DNA of 37,205 nt from Ionaspis alba (taxonomy: Eukaryota). The stretch covers positions 1 through 37,205 of the forward strand of contig CAXUUL010000075.1 of the NCBI GenBank assembly GCA_964255285.1, in the 5' to 3' direction. Positions 1-9,800 of the stretch are shown one piece after another; positions within the stretch are counted from its first letter, which is position 1, and each line of letters starts with the position of its first letter. The position numbers were made by a program, and so were the translations under genes. Under the pieces are notes generated by a model. The model was not told the DNA's origin. It saw only the letters and a program-made list of their open reading frames with translations, and did not search any database.

Positions 1-445
1 TTACTAAAAATATAACGGCGGATATATTTTATTGAATTTATATTATTATAATCGACGGAGTAGATAATTAACCGTAATCCAAAAATTTAAATTAACAAAA
101 ATTATTAAATAATAAAAATATTTTTCGTTTTTGTTTAAACGTTGTTAATCTGTTAAAATTTTATAATAAACGATAAATAGATATAAACGACCGTAATACA
201 CTATTATATTATTTCAAATTTTATAATAATTTTAAAACGCCGTTTATTAATGATAAAAATTGAAATTATAATATTATTTTCCGACTATATTTACAATTTA
301 TAATTTTATTAAATAAATTTTAAAAAATTTAAAAACGTGATCGAAAAATTATTTTTATTACGAAATTTTATTGTTTTGGTTAGACCGCGTTGTTTTACGG
401 AAAATTTTTTCGATTACAACCGTAATCGGTGATATTAATTATATC
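1..445. repeat. AT-rich, probably RIP-degraded repeat/transposon relic (truncated by window start)
   Basis: About 19% GC by hand count over 1-440, TpA-rich, no credible ORF, with an abrupt switch to ~50% GC near 445. This is the typical look of RIP-mutated repeats in ascomycetes. The parent element cannot be identified. Confidence 0.7.
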
Positions 446-528
446 TGTAGCTGGAGTTCAGCCCTGCATGTCAAAGGTGTGAGCATCGACTTCAACCTGA
501 CTACAACATACACGGTATATTTACGATT

Positions 529-1770
529 ATGGCACTCGTGGGCTATTCAGACTCTGAAGACTCGGGTGTTGATGAAGGGAAGGAATTGAGTGACAAGGGA
601 AAGCAAGACGAGCGAAATATACTCAAATCGAGAATTCCACCCTCCAAGCCCGCTTTCCAGAAAGTTATCGATCGCTCCAGTCCGCACAAGATCAGGGTCA
701 ATTTGACTGGTCAGCAGAAGGAACTTAGGCACCCCAGCGATGACTTCGATGGCCCTGCAGCGAAGAGAGTCAAGGTCGGCAGTGGATCCTTCAGCGATTT
801 CAGTTCATTCCTCCCCGCTCCAAAACGAGCCGGTACCCTAAAGGCTGGAGCAGATACTGAAAAACATCTGAAGGGAGGAGGCTTAAGAAATGGAATCAAC
901 TTAAAAACAGGGGCGACGCCGGGATTCAGCAGGGAGCATATGGATGCTCCTTTGAGGGAGGCCGTCGAAGGAATTGATACTGCCAAGGACTACCCAGATC
1001 ATCAACTTGACGATAGCAGCGTATCATTGCAAAATGGCCAAGGAGCTTCAGCCGGTGCCATTTCCGTACCAAGTGCTGCAACAGAACCTATAAAGAAAGG
1101 CAATCCAATGATGTTCAAACCCCTCTCGGTGGCCCGCAAGCCGAAGAAGAAGAAAGCGGCTACCACGGTATCTGCGGGTGTGGCAGATCCAACTACAATC
1201 TCAGAGTCTAACCCTACTCCAAGAACTGCTTCAAAGGTATCGTTGTTCACCATAGGGGTAACGGAGGATCCAGGTCTGTCGTCCAAAGCAGTAAGGGATG
1301 TTTACGAACCGATGGTTTATCAAGCAGAAGCGATTGAATTATCTGAAGAAGCAGAAGATTTCAACGCAGAATCCGATCTAGGTTACGGTGATGGAGAGGA
1401 CGAAGGAACTCTTCCATACGGTCAAAGCACCACAGACAATCCCCCTCAGTCCTTGGACACTATTGCCGCAGATCTGAACCTCTCAGCGTCAGCCAAGAGG
1501 CAATTATTAGGTCGGCAGCGAAATGCCAAGGGTGGACAGTCCGCAGTGAATGTCGTGAATTTTAATACGGATCAAGAGTATGCAAACAACGAACTTCTCC
1601 GACAGTCTGGCGAGCAGATCCAGCATAACCCCGTTCGAGCGCTGGCGGCCGGCAAGCACAGTCTCAAGCAATTAATCAATGCTGCAAGCAATCAGAAGGA
1701 TGCTCTAGAGGAGTCATTCGCCAGTGGAAGGAGGAACAAGAAGGAGGCTGGTAGTAAATATGGGTGGTAA
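529..1770 (+). CDS. PRCC-like protein (mitotic checkpoint regulator, MAD2B-interacting family), single exon, 413 aa
   Basis: N-terminal MALVGYSDSEDS and C-terminal GKHSLKQLINAASNQKDALEESFASGRRNKKEAGSKYGW match my recollection of the PRCC family termini. The middle is low complexity. Confidence 0.85.
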   Translation: MALVGYSDSEDSGVDEGKELSDKGKQDERNILKSRIPPSKPAFQKVIDRSSPHKIRVNLTGQQKELRHPSDDFDGPAAKRVKVGSGSFSDFSSFLPAPKRAGTLKAGADTEKHLKGGGLRNGINLKTGATPGFSREHMDAPLREAVEGIDTAKDYPDHQLDDSSVSLQNGQGASAGAISVPSAATEPIKKGNPMMFKPLSVARKPKKKKAATTVSAGVADPTTISESNPTPRTASKVSLFTIGVTEDPGLSSKAVRDVYEPMVYQAEAIELSEEAEDFNAESDLGYGDGEDEGTLPYGQSTTDNPPQSLDTIAADLNLSASAKRQLLGRQRNAKGGQSAVNVVNFNTDQEYANNELLRQSGEQIQHNPVRALAAGKHSLKQLINAASNQKDALEESFASGRRNKKEAGSKYGW

Positions 1771-1914
1771 TGCCACTACTCTACTGGCATACCTTCGCAT
1801 AAATAATGTCAAAACTGTGAGATACACGATTCATGGTGACAATGGAAGCATTTCTATTCGCAACAGTATGGTCCATGAACAATGCGGTAAAGACAGTCAT
1901 TGTGTCGAGGACTT

Positions 1915-2059
1915 TTCTATAAACAAGGATCGTTCTATAAACAAGGATCGATCTATCAGCAATAACCTTTCTATCAGCAATGACCTTTCTATCAGTAATG
2001 ACCGTTCTATAAACAATGACCCGTTCTATAAACAACGACCGTTCCATAAACAATGATCC
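1915..2059. repeat. 18-bp minisatellite, 8 units (consensus ~TTCTATAAACAATGACCG)
   Basis: Units start at 1915, 1933, 1951, 1969, 1987, 2005 (19 nt), 2024 and 2042. Units 1 and 2 are identical (TTCTATAAACAAGGATCG). Confidence 0.95.
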
Positions 2060-2184
2060 TACAGTATACGATGGACTTCCCATCGTGTGACTCTAACCAA
2101 GCTTCGATGCTCTTACCAGGACAGGCTCTGCTGATCAATACAAAAGCCGTCTAATCATCAGGCAGGTTCTTTCGGATATGAGTC

Positions 2185-3459
2185 TCAGATCAAACCATTC
2201 AGCATCTCCCTCAGGTCCGCCTCTGCCTCTCTCAAGCTCGCTACCTCGTCCCAAGATTCCTCAATTTCCCTACGGGCCCGCAACCTCTCTATCCTCCTAA
2301 TCATCGTTGCCATATCCCTGAACTCGACATACTCCGTGTCGCCGACAGAGGTTTCTGAACTCGCCATAGCCATCCTTCGAGTCACTGGCGTTCGTGCTAT
2401 TTGTATTGGGAGAAGCACAGGTGACGCGGGAGGCGGTGGGGTTGCTGGCTCTGTCGCTGATGTCGGTTCTGGTGTCGACGCAAGTGTAAGTCCAGGTGGC
2501 GATGATAGGGGCGATCCTGGTGGTTTTGTTGGCTGCAAGCGTGGTGCTGGTGCTGGTGCAAGTACTGGAGCTGATGTGAATTCTGGAGCTGGTGCAAGTG
2601 TTGGTGCTAATGTAAGTGTTGATGCTGATGCTGATGTACTAGCAGGTGACAACGTTGGCGCTCGAGCCATTGGACCAAGGGCCAGTAACGTCTGCTGGCG
2701 GACATTCTCGGTGTGAGCTTCAGTGGCACGAACAACAGCGGCACGACGAGCCATTTCTTTGTTAGACGGCCTTCCTCGTTTGTTGCGCTTTGGTAGCTCA
2801 GAAGGCGCTAGGGTAGGAGCGGCGGGAGGCTTCGTTGGTACACCTTCCTGATCCGAGGGTCTTTTTGGTATGAGCGACGGCAAATTTTCAGCTGATGGCT
2901 GCGGGATCCTCCCTTGTTGAGCCATAAACGACGATGCGTGATAAGGTGGAGGCGGCTCCGCTATATTCTGCTGAGGCAAGAACGGCTGAAAGGCCGTTGA
3001 GGGAAGTCGCATGGGCTGGTACTCTGTACTTGGATGCTGCGATGGGTTCGTTTGCCCCTGCATGGGTTGGTATTCCACACCTGTATGCTGCGATGGTCCC
3101 ATTGGCGCTGATAGGGGTTGGCCATAGTTGATGGGCGGACCCCCCATCATCTGCTGTGCCATGCTAAGAGGTTGGGCAGAATAGTGGTAGTTGGAAGAGG
3201 GAATCGTCATCGCACTCGGGACACCCATCGGCTGGCTTTGGTAATATTGCGTGCGGATGTCAGTTGTCGGTCCGTACTGCATGGCCGTCTCGTGGGTCTG
3301 GTGGTAGTAAGCGAGCTGCTCCCTCCTTACTCCATACTGTGGCACCGGTGATACTTGGTCAAAGGCTGGATAGCTCATGGAACCCATCGGAGCTGGGATG
3401 GGAGCGGATTCCATAAACCCGCGCCTAAGCCCAAAGGGGTTGTCAGGAGGTAACTCCAT
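2185..3459 (-). CDS. Hypothetical Pro/Gln/Ala-rich protein with one AT-hook-like motif and a short charged helical C-terminus, 424 aa
   Basis: Long intronless ORF containing KRNKRGRPSNK (AT-hook core RGRP). TATAAA lies ~150 nt upstream on the minus strand. No family recognised. Confidence 0.65.
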   Translation of the reverse strand: MELPPDNPFGLRRGFMESAPIPAPMGSMSYPAFDQVSPVPQYGVRREQLAYYHQTHETAMQYGPTTDIRTQYYQSQPMGVPSAMTIPSSNYHYSAQPLSMAQQMMGGPPINYGQPLSAPMGPSQHTGVEYQPMQGQTNPSQHPSTEYQPMRLPSTAFQPFLPQQNIAEPPPPYHASSFMAQQGRIPQPSAENLPSLIPKRPSDQEGVPTKPPAAPTLAPSELPKRNKRGRPSNKEMARRAAVVRATEAHTENVRQQTLLALGPMARAPTLSPASTSASASTLTLAPTLAPAPEFTSAPVLAPAPAPRLQPTKPPGSPLSSPPGLTLASTPEPTSATEPATPPPPASPVLLPIQIARTPVTRRMAMASSETSVGDTEYVEFRDMATMIRRIERLRARREIEESWDEVASLREAEADLREMLNGLI

Positions 3460-3609
3460 CGTTAGTGGTAATGAATACGTAGAGCACTGACTATGCAGAT
3501 GAATGATGAAATGATGAATGGATGGATGGATTTTAGCTTTGTTGTGCTAGTCGTAGAGGACCATAGCGTATTGGTGAGGAGAGAAAATGGATGAAAGTGC
3601 CTGGCCTCC

Positions 3610-3615
3610 TTTATA
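3610..3615 (-). promoter_or_regulatory. Putative TATA box of the AT-hook orphan gene
   Basis: Minus strand reads CCCTATAAAGG about 150 nt upstream of the ATG at 3459, followed by a pyrimidine-rich leader. Confidence 0.4.
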
Positions 3616-3840
3616 GGGAGTATGAATTGCGATTTGAACTTGAAATGATTTGGTTTAGCATGAGTGTTTTGATTTGGGGAAGGTGTCCTGGCAGTCTGAA
3701 CTGAAATCATGGCCTCACGTGAGGAGGTGATATACTTTCACGAAAAGGCGATTCACCTAATCATTCGCAGTGGCAGCGAGTCCACGTACGGGTACAACCT
3801 GTGTTGTCTCCTAGGAAAGCAAGCCCGCTGTCTCAGCCTA

Positions 3841-6800
3841 TCAGCTAGACTCCGCGACCTCCGCAAACCACTGTCTCAATGCTGTGGCAAGAACGCCAGG
3901 TAGCTCCTTCACATCTCCCACAATGAGATAATAGCCGAACGGGAAGCCATCAAGATACCGCTTGATTTTGAGCTTTGTCTCCCCAGCTGCGTCAGGCTCG
4001 AATGTAGCCTCTGTCATATCCATAATCGACTCCCCCTTCAACGCATCCACGATCACGAAGACGATCATGATCCGCTCTTCCTGCGCTTGCCTGACAAGTC
4101 TTCGGATAGACTCATGATTCTCGCACACTCCATCACTGATGATCAGTTCTAGTTGCCACAAATCGACCCCAGCATCGGAAGTCTTGCTTCTAGCCTCTCT
4201 AAAGAGCTTCGTTGACTCAGCAATAAGCTTTCTCACATTTGTCCTTGGCTGCTGGAACCCAAGTTGCTGAAAAACGTGCACGCCTGTTTCGGAGGAGAAG
4301 GTCTGATCGAATTCATGGGCGACATGAACTTCGTCTCCAAAACCAACAATGCATATTTCGCCGACCTCAAGCATGCTCAAGCTCCTGCTCACTAGGGCGA
4401 GTGTTTCAAAGGCAAGTTGGCCGCTTCCGCTCTCGCCCATAGATTTGCTATCATCAACGGCAAGCATGATCTGATAGCTACGTTTGGAAGGAACCGAGCG
4501 TCTCATCCATATCTTATCGCGCTTGTAATGCGACGCAACGTAAGGGATGATTCGCTTGATGTTGAGGCGCTTCCCGGTGCGGAAGTCTCCGCGCATTTTG
4601 GTGGCAAGAGTAGGCGCAAGGATGAGCCGCAATTGTTCCGTGAGCGATAAAGAGAGATTGCGAGTCAAGCTCTCGTAGTGTGACCATAAGCGACGAGCTT
4701 CATCTGCAGAACGAGCCATGGCTTGCTCTTCACTTTCTAAATGTATTGTCGACAGATCGTTGTCTAACTCTTCAATTCCGTCCTCATTCATGCCCCTGTT
4801 TGCATCTTGTGCGAGAGGTGGATCTGACTTGCTGGAAGCATTGCCCAGTATTGCTCCTGCTCTTCCTTGTGCTCGACGTTTCTCAGCCGCTGTTCCAACT
4901 TCGGCATCTGCGACCATATCGTGGTTATCATTGCCATGCTGATCGTCTACCTCATCTGGCAAGAAATCTTGTGGTTGGTCTAGCATCTCCGAGTCGAAAG
5001 CCCTCTGATTAAGTGTCTGTGCTTGGTCTTCAGGAGCAGCTCCCAGAGCTTGGGTCTCATCCATCGCATCATTGTTTGGAAGATGTTCGAACTCTTCCTC
5101 CTGTGAAGCAGTATTTTTAGGTCCTGGAATATCACGATTTTCGTTGTCAGACGGATTCTGGATCTGCTTGTTCTGTCGATGCCATTTCTCCAAGGCTTCT
5201 CCTAGTTTTTTGAACATCTGCGTGTCGTTCGTATCTTGTAAAGAATGCTCTGCACCTTGGGTAGGTTGACTCCGCTGAGTCGCCGGAGCCGGTTCTCCGT
5301 CTTCCGCAGGAGCCTGAGCCTCATCTGCTGTGGCTGTGTTCTTGTTGGTACCATTCTTGCTCTCAGCACTGCTGTCTTGATTATGATCTTTATCGTCTTG
5401 CTGGTCATCATGCCCGAGACCATGAGTATAACTCGGAGCAATCTTGTCTGCCTCAATTGTTGCATCATCGTTACGATCTCTGAGGAGGCCTTGACTATCG
5501 TCTTCCTCAGTATTCTCTGGCTCGGTATCAACAGGAGATCCAGCGTCCTCTGTCTTCTCTCCTTCAGCGCTGTTCTCCTCCTGATCTGATTGCTCAACCA
5601 GAGTTGGATCAGAACGTTCTTCCCCTTCTGCAGCCTCGTCCTGCTCAGAGTCGGGATCTTCAGGACGGTCTTGACACTGATCATCATCAAGCATGTCCTC
5701 CATCCCATCAGTATCAGAATTTTTTGCGGACCCGGCACCACCATCAAGATCCATCTCCTCAGGTAGATCTAGGTGTGACTGCTCCTGCAAGTGTGAATCA
5801 ATTTTCTCAACCCCAGTCTGAGCCACTTCCTCACCTTCCTCTACAAGTGGCTCTTCGATATCCTCTGCTTCCCCACTAGTGTCGGATTCATCAGCCTTCG
5901 ACCTATGCTGAGCAGTAATATCATCCTTCTTCTTTTCTTTCGACTCATCTCCCTCTTTGTCCTTTTCAGCATCGTCCCCTGACCCTTCCCAAAGCTTTTC
6001 GTCCACGGCTGATGGATCGATATCATCTACTTCACCCGTCTCATCATCCATCTCATCAGTACCACCTGGACTCTGACCATCGCTATCCTCCGCGTCCTCC
6101 TCCACGTCACCGCCAGTCTCACCTCCCATGTCATCATGTTGCATATCGATGGCATGTTCCTGATCTTCGATGTCCTCGTTGTCTTTCTCTTTGTCTTCGG
6201 CCTGAGCAAGCTCAGACATATCTTCGTCATCTTGGATGTCTTTACTAATGTCTTCGGCTCCTTGGCCTTCACCAAGGCCGGTCCCTCCCTCAAGCTTCTC
6301 AGTCTTACAATCTTCAGCCGTAGAATGTTCAGAAGCACTGCAGAACCCTTGCGAGGCGATCTGCTTGAAAGAGGCTGTCAGAATACGTGCCATTCTGCAC
6401 AAAGAGCCGTGGAAATCAAGATATCGCTGAAGAGCACTTTGGTAAATCTGTCTATACTGCTGTATGATTGGTAAAGCCACTGTACAGAGGGCAGCTGCAA
6501 TATGAAGCGCATCTGGTTCATCCACAGAGATATCGCCCAGTGACGTCAGAATTTCCGTAATTCTGTCGTTGATCACTTTGACATGAAGCATTTTAATGCT
6601 CTTCGAGAGGACAGCATCGGCGCGTAGTAGCCAAGCAGTATCCTCGCTTGATCGTGGATAAGCTGCCAAGGTCTCCTCTACATACTGGAGACTGACTCGA
6701 ATTGCATCGATTGTGGTAGAAATCTGACCATCAATATGCGAGAAGCTAGAGTGGCGGACTCCGTTTGTCTTGTGATCGTGCGAACCAAAATCTGTACTTG

Positions 6801-9800
6801 CCCAAGGCTCGATTTTCTTCATCACGGAGCCGAGTTTAGGGTACTGTTGATGCCACTGCGTCAGATCTACCTGCAAGAGCTCAAGACCTGTCAGTGCCTC
6901 GCTATAGGTCTGCCGATGCAACGACGTGGATATGCCTCGTGGGAGTTCGGGCAATCGCTCGATAGTAGCGACAATAGCTGAGAAAGTGCGTCCCTGCTGG
7001 CTCAAACCTTCTAGGATTTCCGAACAATCCAGTTGGCCCATCTCATTGTGTTGCTTTGCAATAGTAGAACCGACTTCGATCATGCTTGGTATCCATCTAA
7101 GCCGTTCTACAAGGTGGGAACGAGAGAATGAAGAACCTTGATCCGGCTGTAAGTTGTACTTCTCTGGTGCCCACAGATTTCGTAGCTTGACGATCATCTC
7201 GTCTAAGTCTTGAAGCTTAGAGAATGACGAGGCTAGTTGGGTTCTTTGTTGCAACAGTACGGAGAGAACGCCTTCGAGCAACCCAACACTTCGAGAAATC
7301 TCACTACCGTTGAGCTCTTCTGAGTGCTGTCGGGAAGAATCTCGAACGAATGGCATGTTGGTGAGTACTTTATGGAGGTCAAGGTCAACGCTAGAGATTC
7401 GACGTGCAAATATGGAGCTGTCGAGTGAAGGGGTGTTCGCTAAGATAATAGATATTGACTCCTGTTTGTTCAGTAGATCCTTGCTCAAGTTTGACTTGAA
7501 GCCCATGAGCCGAAGTACTTTGAGCGTATCCGCAAACAATTTCCGCTTCCGAGATTTCAAGTGCTTTACAGCGTCCTTGTTTTCTACGGTCAAGGTCGAG
7601 GGTGTCTCCTGCTGGAGGACTTTGATGGTATCGACAAGATTGGTCGCAAAGGAATCGACGTAAGAAGTACAATCAACAGCATCTTTCTGGCCCTCACTCA
7701 TGCGAACCATAATCGCAGTTGTCTTGCTAGAGGCTGTGAAGCGACCCGCCTTCTCTTGCCAGTCTCGTATATTATCTTGGCAAAGGCGCAGAATAGCTGG
7801 ATCTGTCACGGCCACTACTACAGGGGTCATTGTCTGACCTGATCTCTGCAGGCTTCGGGCATCGTCTGCCAATCCTTGTTCAATGACAGTCTTGGCCGGC
7901 TGGCTCAACAAGGTGCGATATTTTCGGACAACCTTGAACAGCTTGTGGTGGGATCTTTTTGCACTTTCTCTCAGAGCCATAATGTTCGTGTCTTTCCAGC
8001 TAGCAAGAAGAAGAATGTCTTTCAAGTCTTTTTCGAGGCTCTTTCGAACTTTGTGTACAAGATCCTTGATACCAGCCTCAAATCGAGTGAACAGTCTGAG
8101 GAAGTTGCTCAGAGCATTGCGCACCACAGACATTGCTGGCAGATCTTCACTTAGCAGGCCGATATGTTCTCGGAAGCTTTCAATCAGGCGGAGCCGCTGG
8201 GAGTACTGCCCCATAGTCGTTGTACGCATAAAGTCACTAAGGGTAGCGACAAGTTCGTTGACATGGGACTGTAATTGCACCTCTGAACTCGCTATCGGCA
8301 GTGACGCTGCAATAATGACCTCGAATGCTACAAACCACCAGGATTTTGCATCCTCCTTGCACTTCTCATCTTCCATATCCAAGAGACGAGCCCATGTGGA
8401 AAGCTCCAGTCGTCTCCAGCTTACCAATAAGTTTGTAAGCTCATCATAGACAGCACTAGCACTGAATTCTCGGCTTGCCACAATTTGCCACTCATGAACG
8501 TAGCTGTGTAGCTGCTCACATTTCGTGATGATCTTTGCTAATGGATCGGTGTGTCGGAGTGCTAGGAGCTCGTCTGCTGTTCTGAGCACGTCTCTCAACG
8601 TCGTATGCTCTGGCCAATGCGCGGTGATCTCCCTGAATCGGTCTTGCACCTTTCGTACTGCGTTAATGACTTTACGAGCTTCCGCGAGGTTGGGATCAGT
8701 GTAAAAGTTGAGCGTGCGATATTCGCTATTTTCCCCGAGTACACGGCGAGAGCTATCGCTCAATGCCAGAACTACACTGGGTAGCATCCTCTCGGCACTT
8801 ATAGGGAAGTTTGATATCGGCTTATCACTATCCCACAAGGCACCAATCTGACTAGTCGCATCCCTGAGCATACCAAGTATTTGTGTTGATGGATTTTCAG
8901 ACTCCATAAAGAGTTGTTGATGACAATTAGAAAGTTGTTGTGCTAGTCCTTGCATGTTTTCGGGATGGTCTATCCGCTTACTCCCAGGCTCCTCTGTTGC
9001 GTGGAAGTCAGGAAACAAGCTCTCGAATTCCACCATGTCACCCTCATTGTTCTCGTCGTGGGAGCCGCGATATCGATATATGGACGATTTGGCGGTAAGC
9101 TTGTCTTGATCGGCTGCAAGTTCCTTTCTCCAATCATCGTAGAAGCTCTGAAACGTGTGGTGGATGACATGTCTTGTGCTTGGTCGCAGGATATGATTGA
9201 CACTCTTGTCAAGAGCAATCAATTTTAAGAAGGTCAAGCGAGTACCACGCGCTGATGTTTCCGTTGGGCTTCTGATATCGACGATAGATGCAATCGACCC
9301 TGTTGGCTCGAATCCCAGAAAAGGAGTAAGATTGTAGATAGTCTCCAAGCACTGTTCTCCCTCTTTATGTTGACTATCGCCGATCAATGCGAGGGTCAGG
9401 CCAACGTCGAGACCTCTTAGTAGACTAATGAGCGGTTTGGTGATATCGTCATACCCCCGAAAACTATCCGATACGCGTCGTATGACTTGGTCAATGTTTT
9501 GCTTGATAAGGTACATTTCTTGTTTCGTACCAGGCTCACCCTGAAGAGTATGAAGAGCATCAACGTCCGGTACTCGGCGGACAATGACGTTGAGTATATT
9601 GGTGAACTCTCCTTGTAGTTTCATAAGCTCAGAGACGACTGGCCTGGCAACTTGGACGGCTTGAGGCTGGCGTCCTAACGACCGCATCGCTTCTTTCACC
9701 ACCCGGCAACGGAGGTTTGTACGCTGGCCAGTGATTCTCTCCTCATGGTATTCGAGTGCCCCGAGCCTTGTCTCCAGCTCCTGCCTTCGTTTCTTGAAGA

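Noticed and set aside
371..589. 72-aa ORF spanning the AT-rich boundary
   Set aside because: TTG start inside degraded DNA, and it overlaps the PRCC-like gene out of frame.
1915..2059. Repeat array as a CRISPR-like locus
   Set aside because: Units are directly adjacent with no unique spacers, no cas genes are present, and the context is eukaryotic.
1724..2083. ORFs 1724-2056 (+) and 1781-2083 (-)
   Set aside because: Both stay open largely because of the 18-bp repeat. One overlaps the PRCC-like gene end, and neither has a recognisable domain.
5202..6474. Several alternative-frame and antisense ORFs in the midasin acidic tail
   Set aside because: Shadow ORFs arising from biased D/E codon composition.
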